From assembly GCA_028534125.1 (NCBI GenBank), contig CM052817.1:89592001-89656000 (forward strand): 64,000 bases of DNA, given 5' to 3'. This DNA comes from Lama glama (lineage: Eukaryota). This document shows, one piece after another, positions 25,106 to 38,530 of the stretch. The position numbers and the translations under genes are program-made. The stretch's first letter is position 1. Every line of letters begins with the position of its first letter. Below the pieces are notes generated by a model. It was given only the letters and a program-made list of their open reading frames with translations, was not told the DNA's origin and did not search any database.

Positions 25106-27090
25106 TTCACTTCGGACCAAGCCTTGCCCACAGCAGAAGCCTCAACAGATGTGAGCTAAGGTGGGATGATTTCAAGATGACTTCCATCTTGACTAAAAAT
25201 CTTGCCAGTATGTCAAAATGGGCCCTCAGGTTTTCTGTTAAGACTTCTGAGCTGTTCCTACCAGCTACCAGCTGTCCTACCCACCCAAACCAAATCAAGA
25301 AGACTTTGGCTAAACCTTGTATAAAGAATGTGGTGGTGGTATTCACATTCCCTTTTTGCTGTCAGGTACTTTATATAAAGACCAGATGCCACATGATTCA
25401 GCTAGAGAAGCACTTTTGGATTTGCTGCATCAGACCAATGTCCCAAGGGAATATGCTGATTATATAATTTTGGGCACAGTTGTACAGGAAATGAAAACAA
25501 GCAATGTGGCTAAAGGCTGCCCTCAGAGCTGAACTTTCTGACAAGACTCTTGCTCACATTGTCACCATGGCTTGCATTTCTGCAAACCAAGCCAGGACCA
25601 CGAGTGTTGGCTTGATTACTTCTGGCCAGTAAGATGTGGTTGTAGCAGGTGGTGTAGAGTAAACATCCTACATCCCTATTTATCAATCAAGGAATATCAA
25701 CTTTAATCTCAATAAGTCTAAGACTCTAGGTCAGTGACTGACTATCTTTAATCTTTAAATTCAGATTGAATTTCCTATCATCTGAGTGCCCTACAGTGGC
25801 CAAGTTCTCCAACACTGAGACTATGCATCACTCTGCAGACTGACTTGCTTCTGCGTTGCTATTTCTCGAGTGGAACACAATGAGTGATCTGATCTTGCAC
25901 AACCTGGCCAAGAAGGCATAGGATGAAGGACTCCTTTCTGATGCTGTATGTCTTCAAAGCAGGAAAAGATACAGATATCAAAGATAGTGGCATTTGTCCT
26001 TCCTAGAGCAAACGGTCAAACTAAAACCTGCATTCATCAAGCACTATAGCACAGTGACAGCTACAAATTCTTCTTCTCTGACTGATGTTGCATCTGCAAT
26101 GCTGATTATAGCAAAGGAAAAAGCTCTGGCCATGGATTATATAAGTCAAAGGCATATTTGAGGGATTTTGTGTATCTGTCTCCAGATTCAAAAGATCAAC
26201 TTCTACTCAGACCAACATATGCTACTCTAAAAGTGCTAGAAAAGGAAGGATTAACAATGAATGATATTGAAGCTGTTGTATTTCATGAAGCTGTCTTAGG
26301 TCAGATTTTGGCTAATAGTAAAGCTGTGGATTCTGATTGGTTTGTGCAAAACTACACGGATAGAAAAAACAAGGTTGGATTGTATCCTTTGAATAAGTTT
26401 AACAACTGGGGTGGATCATTATCCCTGGGACACCTGTATGGAGCCACTGGCTGCTGGCTAGTCACGATAGCTGCCAACAGATGATGGGAGGAAGCAGGCC
26501 AGTATGGTTTAGTGGCTGCCTATGCAGCTGGAGTGCAGGGCCATGCTATGATAGTGGAAGCTTATCCAAAATAACAGACCAGGAAGAAGTGACTTGGAGT
26601 TTCTGTGCAACACTAACACTAGACAAGGCCATTTCAATACATTATTAAATGGCATATATAGTTCATAGCTCCTCTTAGGAAAACACAATTTGTGGCCTTG
26701 TGTTAAATCTTTACCTTGCTAGTGTTCTGAGCTTTCCAATAATCACGGTTTACTGCTCTTTCAGGGATTTTTAAGTCACCGGAATCTTACACAGTGATAT
26801 GTTTAAGCAATTGTTTTTAATCTCTATTTTCATTAAAGATTAAACAAGTGGTTGCAATTTCTCAAGAAAGAGATTAGCTGACGGTTCGAATCAACTTTGT
26901 AACATTGGCAAATTATATACATTTCTATTTGTGACCTAAAGATAAATGGTTTCTATAAAATACAAACCAATATGTCACTATCTTTATGGAAAGATAATTC
27001 AGAATTTAAACATCACTGAAAACTTACAGCAAATGTTTAGATACATAAATACCACATTGGTTAACCTTAAAGTGGAGAAGTGTTGTGGGG
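25106..27090 (+). pseudogene. HADHB: Processed pseudogene of mitochondrial trifunctional enzyme beta subunit (3-ketoacyl-CoA thiolase); CDS remnant 25177-26574
   Basis: Intronless; [101 protein letters not shown]; many stops and frameshifts; 3'UTR follows; TSD-bounded. Confidence 0.97.
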
Positions 27091-30000
27091 AAAAGTTCTT
27101 TAGAGACAAGGAAAATAAGATAATATTTGTTTGAAAAGTGATACTAACAATGTATTTGATTATACATGCTTATACATATATCATGTACATATATGTGTAT
27201 ACATATATGCTTATGTGTACTTATATACAAGTAAAAAGAATAACAGCAATGATACATAGGATGAAAAGAAGGAATTAGAATTATTTTGTTATTATAAGGT
27301 ACTCATGCTACCCATGAAGTGGTATACTGTCGTTTGAAAGTGGACTTATTAGATGTAAATGTCTATTAAAACATTTATGTTTACCCTAAGACAACCATAA
27401 AACTAGTAGAAAAAAAAAAAAGAGAAGTGTATCTATATGCTGAAAAAAGGGGGAAAATGGACTCAAAAAATGCTCATTTGAAACTACAAAGGCAGAAAAA
27501 AAGTGGAAGACGAAAACAGGAACAAAGAAGGAGAGCATTAAACAGAATACAGTAACAAATATGGTAGATTTGAGTCCAAATATATCAAGGATCACTTTGA
27601 ACATCAATGGTCCAAATGCACCAATTAAAAGATTAAGATTATTGGAACAAATTACAAAACAAGACCCAATTATCCGATGGCTACAATGAACTTATTTTAA
27701 ATATAAAGACACACACAGATTAGAAGTAAATGGCTGAAGAAAAATATATCATAGTAATACTAATCAAAAAAGCATGAGTAGCTATATTAATTTCAAATGG
27801 AGTAGATTTCAAAGCAAGGAAAGTTATCAGGGAAAAAGAAGGGCATTATATAATGATAAAGAGGTAAATTTTCCACAAATTACAATCCTTAACATGTATA
27901 TGCCTAACAAGAGAGCATCAAATTATGAGAGACAAACCAATAAAACTACAAGGAAAATAGATGAATCTACTACCATAGTTGGATATTTCAAATCTCTCTC
28001 TCTCAGAAATGGACAGATAGACCAAGAAGAATATCAGTAAGGACATAGTTGAACTCAACACCACCATCAATCAACTGGATATAAATGGCATTTATAGACT
28101 AAATCTTCTAACAACAGCAGCATACACATCCTTTTCAAGCTCATATAAACATTCACCAACCTGAAATACATTCTCTATCTAAACACATTAAAAAGTTTAA
28201 AAGAACAGAAATCATAAAGCGTCTACTCTTAATTCACAATGAAATTTAACTAGAAGTCAGTCAGTAATAGATCGATAACTAGAAAATCCCAAAATACGTG
28301 GAGATTAAACACACTTCTAAATAACACACGGGTCAAAGAAGAAATCTAGGGAGAAATTTTAAAATATTTTTTTCCTAAATTAAAATTAAAAAATAGCTTA
28401 TGAAAAATTGTAGGATACAGCAAAAGCAGTACTTAGAGGGAAATTTATAGCATCAAATGCATATTAGAAAAGACGATCTAAAATCAATAATGTAAGTTTC
28501 CATATTAAGAAACTAACAAAAAAATAACAAATTAAATCCAAAGTAAGCATAAGAAAATAAATAATAAGAATTATAGCAGAAATCAATGGAATTTAAAACA
28601 AGAAATAGATTAAATCAACAAACCAAAGCTGTTTCTTTGAAAAGATCAAATAAACAGTTACATTTCTAGCCAGACTGAGAGAAAAAGAGAAGACATAAAT
28701 TACTAATAATAGAAATGAAAGAAGTAGCATCACTACAGATTCAATGGACATTAAAATACAATGAAGGAATACTATGGACAACACTATGTCCACAAATTTG
28801 ACAACCTAGATTAAATGGATCAATTTCTTTAAAGATATAATTTGCCAAAACTCACAGAAAAGAAATAGATCTAAGCCCTATTTTTATTTAAGAAATTGAA
28901 TCAATAATTACTAACCTCCCAAAACAGGAAGCATAAGATCCAAATGGGTTCACTGGTGAATTATACCAAACATTTAAGAAATAAATTGTATCAATTATCT
29001 ACAATGCTTTTCAGAGGATGAAAGCAGAAGAAATATTTCCTAACTCATTCTATGTGGCCAGTTTCACCCTAATACTAAAACCAGATGAAGAGATTACAAG
29101 AAAAAAAAATATATAGACCCAAATCTCTCATGAACATAGAAGCAAATTCCTCAGTAAAATACTAGCAAGTTGAGTGCAACAATGTATAAAAAAATTGTGC
29201 ATTACAAACAAGCGGGATTTATTCCTGTTAAGCAAGGCAAGTTGAGCATTCAAAAATCAGTTTATGTAATCCATCAATAAGCTGAAAAAGCAAAGTCATA
29301 TGATCATAGTAATAGATGTATTATATAAAATCTAATCACCATTTATGATAAAAACTCTCAGTAAACGAGGAATAGAGCCAAACATCCTCAATTTGATAAA
29401 GCATATTTATAAAAATTCTACAGCTAACGTCAAACTTAATAACGAGAACTGTGAAGTTTTGCCATTAAGATCGGAACAAGGCAAGGATGTCTCTTCTCAT
29501 CACTCATTTTCAGTATTTTAGTGGAAGTTTTACCTAGTCCAATAAGACATGAAAAGGAAGTAAACGGTATATGGATTGGGAAGAAAGAGATAATTAATTT
29601 TGTTTGTAGATGACATGATCATCTCATGTAAAAACACTGAAAGAACTGACAAAAAGCCTCCTGAAACTAGTAAGTGATTATAGCAAGTTTGAAGGATACA
29701 AAGTTAATAAACAAAAGTCTATTACTTTCCTTTATATCAGCAATGAGCAAGCAGAATTTGAAATTAAAAACAATATCATTTACATTAGCACTAAAAAAAG
29801 GGAAACACTGATGAAAGAAGAACTAAATAAATGGATAATTCATGTTCATGCATAAGAAGACTCAACATTGTCAACATTGTTAAGATGTCAGGTATTCTCA
29901 TCTTGTTCTATAGATTTAACGCAATCCTAATCAAAACACTAGCAAGTTATTTTGTGGATATGGACAAACTGATTCTGTGGTTTATATGGAAAGTCAAAAG

Positions 30001-32645
30001 AACTAAAATAACCAATAAACATTTAAGAAGAACAAAGTTGGAAGACTGACACTACCTAACTTCAAGACTTACTATAAATCTACAGTAATCAAGAAAGCAT
30101 GGAATTTGTGACAGAATAGAGAGCCCAAAAGAAGACATAAATATAGTTAACTGATTTTTGCAAAGGAGCAAAACAATACTATGGAACAATGAGAGTTTCT
30201 TCAACAAATGGTGCTGGAGCAACTGGACATCCACATGCAAGAATAAATACATAAAATGAGTTGAGACACAGAGCTTACATCCTTCATAAAAATTAACTCA
30301 AAATGGATCACAGATGTAGGTGTAAAACACAAAACTCTAAAACTCCTAGAAGATAACAGAAGAAAACCTAGATTACCTTGGGTATGTCAATGACTTTTTA
30401 GATACAACATAAAAGGCATGATCCCGTGAAAGAAATAATTTATAAACTGGATTAATTAAATTTACAAACTTTTGTTCTATGAAAGACAGTATCAAGAGAA
30501 TGAGAAGACTAAACCATAGACTGGGAGAAAATATTTGCAAAACCACATCTTGTAAAGAACTGTTACCTGAAACATACAAATAATTTTTAAACCTCAACAG
30601 CAAGAAACAAACAACCTGATTTTAAAAACTGCACAGATAACTCACCAAAAAAATGGTACACAGATGGCAAATGAGCATATAAAAGATGCTCTTCATCATC
30701 TCATCAGGGAAATGAAAATTAAAACAAGGAGATACCAATACAAACCTATTAGAATAACTGAAATCCAGAACACTGACAACAACAAATGCTGGAGCAATAT
30801 GAACTCTAATTCACTGCTGATGGCAATGCAAAGTGGTACAGCCACTTGCAAAGATGACTTGTTTCTTACAAAAGTAAATACACTCTTAGTATACGATCTA
30901 GCATTCATGATTCTTGGTATTTACTCAAAGGACTTGAACACTTGTTATGTCCATACACAAAAACCCGCACATGGATGTTTATAGCACCTTTATTCATGAT
31001 TGCCAAAACTCTGAAGTAATGAAGATGTCCTTCACTGAGTTAATAAATATATAAACTGTGGTACACACAGACAATGGAATATTATTCATCACTAAACAGA
31101 AATGAGCTATCAAGCCATGAAAAGACATGGAGAAACCTTAGATGCATATTACTAAGGGAAAGAAACCAATCTGAAAAGGTTATGTACTTATGATATCAAC
31201 TCTATAATATTCCAGAAAAGACAAAACAATAGATACAATAAAAAGATCAAGGGTTGCAGGTGGGTGTGTGGGAGGGAGGAATAAATAAACAATTTTAGTG
31301 CAGTGAAAGTATCATATAATAATGATGTATACATGTCATTATACATTTGTCCAAATCCATAGAATTTACAATATCAAGAATGAATCATAATGTAAATTAT
31401 GGCCTTTGGGCAACCATGATGTATCAATGTAGGCTCACTAAGTCTAACAAATGTACCACTCTGATGGGGGATATTGATAATGGGGGAAGCTGTGTGTGTG
31501 TGGAGGCAGGTGGTATAAGGGAAATCTCTGTACCTACCCCTCAATTTGTGAACCTAGTACTACTCTAAAAAATAAAGTCTTTTTAGCTTGTTTTAATATA
31601 AATCTGGATTCAAAAATGTCTCTTTGCTGAAACTATTGTCTCTAAGTTTATAGGCAAAACTGTACTTATTTAAATCAAACTGCTATCAGTTGAGCTGAAT
31701 TAATTTTATTCTTAACAGGATGAGAATATTTTTATTATTAAGTCAAACTCAGTTTAAGGCATTTGCAGAATACAATAAAGATTAAAAATTCTGAGGTAGA
31801 GTCAGATCTGATAGCTTTATGTATTTAAAGTTCCCTTTGTTATTTTTAATCCTTCTTGTACATATTCTCAGAGAATGCAATTCAGTGTTTGAGGCAAACT
31901 CAATTACTGAAATTCACAGTGTATGTGAAAATTTAAACTATGTTTAAGGACATCATTGAGATGTGGGGGAAAATATAGACCACTCTAGAAAATCATAACT
32001 AGGAGACTAAGATGAACATTTATTTACTCAAGGGGAAAAAACATAGATACTCTTGAGATCTGCAGAATTATTTGATATAATCTACAGTGCTTTTTCATAT
32101 TACAAAGCAAATAATTGTAGGGGATTTTAAAATGTTAAAAGCATAAAGAAGTTTAAAAATACCATTTTTTGCTTACTTACAACTAATATCTGCAGTTACC
32201 ATGTTTTGTAAACTGGTAATATATTTGTTTTCTACTTTTCATATATTATTTCAGAAAGTTTCTATTCATTTATCAGAAATATTTTACGAACATAAGGATT
32301 ATTTAATATACCTATATCTGGTGTTTTATCATCAAGTAGAGGAGATATGTAATTATAATAACACTAAGTGCATATTTTAAATTCCCTACCTCCATTTTCC
32401 CAGGTGACAAGAAAGAGGAAAGTATGACATAGGAAATCAAAAGGGGGAAATACAAATTTTTAAAAACTCTAGTAGTTCTTAGAGTAAGAGAAGACACAGA
32501 ATGGAGGAAAGAAAGTGAAAAGAAAATACAGGGTTTTTTTTTTTAGATCGAAACACTTTCTACTGAGATAGGGAGAAGGGAAATGAGTAGATAAAGACAG
32601 ATAGGTAGATAGAGAGATAGAGAGAGAGATAGATAGGCAGGCAGA

Positions 32646-33060
32646 TGTTACGGCCTGAATTGTGTTCCCTGAAAATTCACATATTGAAGTCCTAAGCAGA
32701 GCCTCAGAATGTGACTATATTTGAAGATGGGGGTCTTTAAATAGATAATTAAGTTAAAATGAAGCCTTTAGTGTGGGCCCAAATCTAATCTCACTGGTGA
32801 CCTTATAAGAAGAGAAAATTTGGACACACAAAGAAACAGTAAGGGTGCACTTACACAGAGGGACAACCATCTACAACCATCAAGAGGCAGCAAGAGGAGG
32901 GCCATCTACAATCCAAGTAGAGAGGCCTCAGGAGAAACCAACCCTCTGACATTTGAATCTTGGCCCTCCAGATACCAGAACTGTGAGAAAATAACATTTC
33001 CATTGTTTAAGTCACCCAATTTGTGGTATTTTTCTATGGCAGCCTGAGCAAAACAAAACA
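32646..33060 (+). mobile_element. MLT1B-like MaLR solo LTR
   Basis: 'tgttacggcctgaattgtgttccc..aaattcacatattgaagtccta..cagaactgtgagaaaata..tgtggtatttttctatggcagcc'. Confidence 0.85.
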
Positions 33061-34164
33061 ATAGATGTTTTCCCTATCCTCATTGGGGATTCTGTGAGGA
33101 GACAACCTTTTCGAGTGTCTCTGTGTTAACCTGGAGCAAGCCCAACAGAGAAATGCTGGGATTTCTGTCCACAATTGCCCAAAGTTCCTACAGTTTAGAT
33201 AAGAGAGCTTTTTCCTGTGTGCTCCATGTGGGAGACAGAAAGAGTCCATGGACCTGCCCTTGTGAAAGTCTTTCACCGCAGTAAGAGGTGAGGTGACCCT
33301 AAATGGAAGTTGTCAGGTGGGATGACCTAAGCCATAAATACAATAGAGGCTGTGACTGTGTCACAGAAATCTGCAGTGCCAGCAAGAGTTGGCCAGCAAA
33401 AGCTGGCATGGAACCTAGCATTTAATACCAAAGAGCCTCAGGACAGGAAAAGGGCAGCCCCATGGATCTAGAGTCACCTTCTCTTAGCAGTAGAGGTAGA
33501 GAAAACAATCTGGGAAGGAGTAGGGAGGGAGAAATCCTAATAGAGCCTATGTATTTACAAAATGCCTAATAGAGATTTGGTTAAGTCACATATACAAGCA
33601 AAGAAACCATAATCACCTATATACTCCCACTGTTGGTATATAAGTAAGACTCCACAACAAGTACATGTTTCTCTTTTGTTGAACTCATAAAAGGAAACCT
33701 TTGGCTAGGCTATTAGAAGCATTTAAGCTATTGAAATTGCTGATTTCAGTGATGTTACAGTTTGATATTAAAACAGTAGATTGCATTTTATTATTTCATA
33801 AGAAAAGAAGTCTGATAGGTGGCAAGGAAACTAAACTCTAGAAGAGTTTCTAATTACTAGCCCTTATGGAGGGTCTATAGGAGCTTAAGTACAAGCAGTG
33901 TCAGTCACATCTTAGGAAGTGGAGCAACTGTGTCTTCAGTGAGGAAACATAAATAAAACTAATTATAAGGAATTAGGAAATGAAAGAATGGAAAAGAAAG
34001 ATGGAGGAGTAAGTAAGGGGCAAAAAAATTAATGAACACTAATGTTTAAACCTCATTGAAATTGTATGGTTTCAAAGTATTTCCACCAAAACATATTTCT
34101 AAACCTTTGTTCCCTCAAATGTCTATGACAGGAACCCCCAAACTATAGCATGTGAGGAAATCCA

Positions 34165-34742
34165 AACTTTGGCCAGGCTAACCAAGAAAAAGAGAGAAGG
34201 CACAAATTACTAATAAAATGAAATAAGGGCTTTCACTACTGATTCAATACACACTAAAAAGATAATAAAGGAATATTATAAACAATCCGATGTCCACAAA
34301 CTAGATAACTTAGATGAAAAGAGCCAATTCCTTGAAATACACAAAATGCAAAAACTCACACAAGGATAAATAGAAAATATGAATAGGGAAGTATACTCTA
34401 AAATAATTGAATCAATAACCAATACCCTCCCAAAAAAGAAAACATCAGGCCTACATGAGTTCACTGGTGACTTCTACCAAACATTTATGAAAGAAATAAT
34501 ACTAATTGTCCTCTCCCTGTTTCAGAAAATAAAAGCAGAGGGAACATGTCCTAATTCATTCTATGAGGCCAGCATTACCATAATATGAAAAACAGATGAA
34601 GACATTACAAGAAAGGAAGACTACAGACCAATATCTCTCATAAGCACAGACACAAAATCCTCAATAAAAATATTAGCAAATGTAATCCCAACAATGTACA
34701 AACAGAATTATATGCAACTATCAAGTGGGATTTATTCCCTGT
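34165..34742 (+). mobile_element. Old L1 ORF2 fragment
   Basis: LPKKKTSGLHEFTGDFYQTF..PNSFYEASIT. Confidence 0.85.
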
Positions 34743-34744
34743 AT

Positions 34745-34975
34745 GGAATGGAAGCAGAAATTGTATTCACGAAGCCACAAACCAAGGAATATCTGGAGCC
34801 GCCAGAATTCACAAGAGGGAGAAAAGGATTTACCTGTAGAAACTTTAAAGGAACCAGGGCTTTGCTGGTACCTTGATTTCAGACTGTATCTGCCAGACCA
34901 TGAGAGAATAAATTTCCTGTTTTAAATCAGCAGGTTTGTGGTAATTTGTTCAGCAGCCACAGAAAAATAATATGA
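34745..34975 (+). mobile_element. MLT1 (C/D-like) LTR 3' half
   Basis: 'aagccacaaaccaaggaa..ccagaccatgagagaataaatttcctgttttaa..gtttgtggtaatttgttcagcagcc'. Confidence 0.75.
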
Positions 34976-36499
34976 TGCCTAATAAAATTACTCAATGTTT
35001 TGAATCCAAATGTCTTATATTCCTTTGTAAATATTCATAATATGCTGAAGATAGTTGAGCGAGATCCTCCCCTAGTCATTCAAGATACACCCTACTCAAG
35101 ATCTGTTACACATAGATTCAAGTGGGAAAAGGAACATGATTTAACTTTATGTGCCATGTTCTAGTGTACCAGTGTCACAACTCTTCTCAATATATCCTCT
35201 TTGATGAAATGTGAAAAGCAAAAATCTGACTTGGCTATTATTGCTTAGTGCAGAAAATAGAAGATTCACAGCAGGCATGATATAAAAGCTAGAAGGTGAT
35301 TCTTCAATCAGTGAAAGAACACAGTAACAAGTAAACACTAGTTGCTGTCTGCTTAATAAGAAGGAGACTAATTTTACCAGGTCTGAGCTAACTGCCATAT
35401 TCTGGATTTACATTAATAAAGTTGTAACAAAATTGCTTTTACACTAAGAAATCTTCTGTGTCTTCTCTGAGGGTGAGGTATGACACGTACTTGGTAAGGT
35501 ATTAAAACAAGTTGTTGGAAAAAATAGACTGAACATATGGTATAATGAACTCAACAACTCAGCAGTTTATCCATTCTTAAAATTTTATAACAATGCTTAT
35601 GGTTGAAGTTTTATGACTTTGTCCTAGATTTTTAAAAGGCATTTAAAAATATCTTTTACAAAATAAATCATTCCACAATTAATTATAACTTAGTACTGAT
35701 CAACAAAATAGTTAACCACCTCTTAATAGCAAATATAACTACTTTGGCACTAATAAAAGCAATAATTATCTTTTGAACTTGAAAAATAAATCTTTACATA
35801 CTATGTTAGTCTGTGTTTATTTTATAATAATGTTAAGATTACTTTCAGATAGTGTGCACAAATATATCGATGTATAGCAATCTATGGTAAGTAATATTAC
35901 TAGGATACGTTTGATATGATATTTTGAAAATCACTCTGAAAAACATTGTAACACAGAAACATTGCAAAAATATGTCATTAAGAGAAAAACACAAAAATAT
36001 GACATGATCCAAGTTAAGAATAATATATCTGAATATATATATACAATTATGCATTTTTCCATAAAAATACAGTATAAGCATCAAAATACTGACAAAACTC
36101 ATCTCTATAGTTTAACTTTTCATTGAGTTTTACATTTCTAAACTTCTTAAAATGAATAAGAATTCTACTCCAATAAGAATGTTATGTCTTTGCCTTCCAG
36201 GTCATTCTACAGTAATTTTGATTTGCTAAATCTGAAATCTGAGTTTCTCTGCATATCCTTCATAATATCATACACTTCAATAAGGAGAGCAAATAAAAAT
36301 AAACATAACTTACATTTCAACATATAAGAAGATAGGGATTACTACAAACCTCAATTAATGCGTAAGTAGGTAAATAAACATGATACTCTAGTAGATGGCT
36401 CATACAAGAGTCCCAAGTTGAGAATGCAAGGAATATGAAGAGATTGCACACAAAAAAAGAGGAGAGCAGAGAACTCATGGGTGGCAGAGCATAGAGAAA

Positions 36500-38530
36500 T
36501 TCATCCCAGAAAGAAAAATTCCTTTTGCTACATTAAAAAAAAATGTTTTTAAATCAGCAATAGCACCAACTAAAAACTACTGAAAACAAGCCTGAGACCT
36601 GACAGATCTCAGCAGGAGATAAAGGGAAAATATTTGAATACATATAATAACCGAAGCAGAAGTCATAAATACCAATTATTTCTGGGAAAGTAAGAAGTAA
36701 ATAGAAATGGGCAATAATGTGTGGATACTCAGAAGCGAATAAAAAGAAAGAAGAAAGTGAGGAAGTTAAAGGATCCTGAAGAAATAAAATTAAATCACAA
36801 AGATGAAAGACACACCAAATGCTCCCCTTAACACCACCAAAGGAAAAAGTTACATATTAGAAAAACAAAATTACACTTTACTACACTTAAGAAAGTAGTC
36901 TTGAACTGATAGTCTTCTGAGATACTTCTAACCCGTAACAGCTGCCCCCAAATGAAATAACAAAAAAGAAATCTAAAACTGGGAAAATAACTATTTAAAA
37001 GACAATAGAAAGTGAGAATCAAAATAATTCAGCAGATGCAATTTTTCTTAAAAAAAAAATAAGCCAAAGCAGAAAAAACTCTAACAGAAAACTTCAAGCT
37101 CAACTTAATATATTTAAGCAAGCATTCAGAAATATTAAAAGGGAAAAACATACCATAAATCAGGACTTTAAAAATAAGAGCATAAATGAACAATATCAAT
37201 GAAGACATAAAATACTGATTGAATTAGAAATCAGAAATAAAGAAAAAAGAAAAAATTATATCAGAAATGAAGGCTAAATTACAGGATCTACATGGGGTAA
37301 CAAATTCAACCCCAAATTAATGAGGGGCTTAAAAAATACAGGAAGAAAACCAAGATAATGAAAGTGGGAGACAGAATTAAAAGGACAAAGGAGAAAGTAG
37401 TTCAAATTAAAGAGAAACAAAAATCAAGTACATATGCAGTTGTAGATTCTGAAGGAAAAAACAAAAAGAGGAATTAATATTTATAACTATGATCCAAGAA
37501 AAATCTCTGGAATTTAAAGGAGATACCTACATACTGAAAGGGCCCAATTTATACCTGAGAAAACTGACCTTTAATAGTTAACTGCAAGACACATCCTAGT
37601 AATTTTTTAGACTAAGAACAGTATTCAACTTTAGGGGAAAAAAGAGAAAAAAATCCCCTAGACTCCTAGGAAAATATTCATATAAACATAATTTCTTTTT
37701 GAAGAATCTACTAAAGGATGAGCATCATCTGACATAGACATGACTAATGAAACATCACTAAGCAAAAGAACTGATGGTGGGCAATTAACATATGCAATTG
37801 TAGGTTTATGACTAATACAAAAGTAATGTAAGAATACAATGTAAGGGTTTTGATGAAATAGAAATAACAGAACTAAAATACCTGAGAAAAAGAGATGAAA
37901 ACAGAATAAGCTCATTGCTATATAGCTAATAAGAGGAAGTCAAAGATATCATTTAAAAAATACAAATCAGATAGTATTAGGTTGAATGTATATAATTACT
38001 GATATTCAGTCATTTTTGAAATAACAATTCAACTCCAAGGTATGTACCCTACAGAGACAAATATTTATGTTCACCAAAAGATACATGTAAAGATGTACAT
38101 AGAACTTTTATTCACAGTAGTATCAAACTGGGAATAACCTAAATGCCCATGAAGACTATAATGGAAAAATAACTTATTGTATATTCATATGATGGTACAG
38201 TAGAGGTAATAAAAAGGACAAGCTGTTTCAAGCTCTAGAATGTATGAATCTCATAAGCATTATGCTGAGCTGGGGAATACAGACCCAAAAAAGTATATAC
38301 TTGTATGACTACATCTTTAAAGTTCAAAAACAGAAAAAAATGAATCTATTGTGATTAAAGTTAATATAGTGGCTACCTTTGCAGACAGATTGACTTGGAG
38401 GTTTAAGGGGCTGGTAATGTGAGTGGTGATGATATAGGGGAATATATTTATATAAATTCATCAAATTGTACATTTAATTTTTGTATACTTTATGTAAACC
38501 TTATGTATTTACATAAAATTTTAAGAAAAA
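36500..38530 (+). mobile_element. Highly decayed L1M fragments (ORF1 region and 3'UTR)
   Basis: A-rich strand bias; L1 3' phrases at 38040-38530 ('tatgttcaccaaaagatacatgta..aaactgggaataacctaaatgccca'). Confidence 0.55.

Larger units (their letters stand above)
23650..31580 (+). mobile_element. Near full-length ancient L1MC1-type LINE, interrupted by the HADHB retrocopy
   Basis: 5'UTR and ORF1 remnants at 23650-24608; ORF2 remnants at ~27550-31200; L1MC1-like 3'UTR ('aacaaatgtaccactctgatgggggatattgataatgggggaagctgtg..gggaaatctctgtacct'). Confidence 0.85.
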
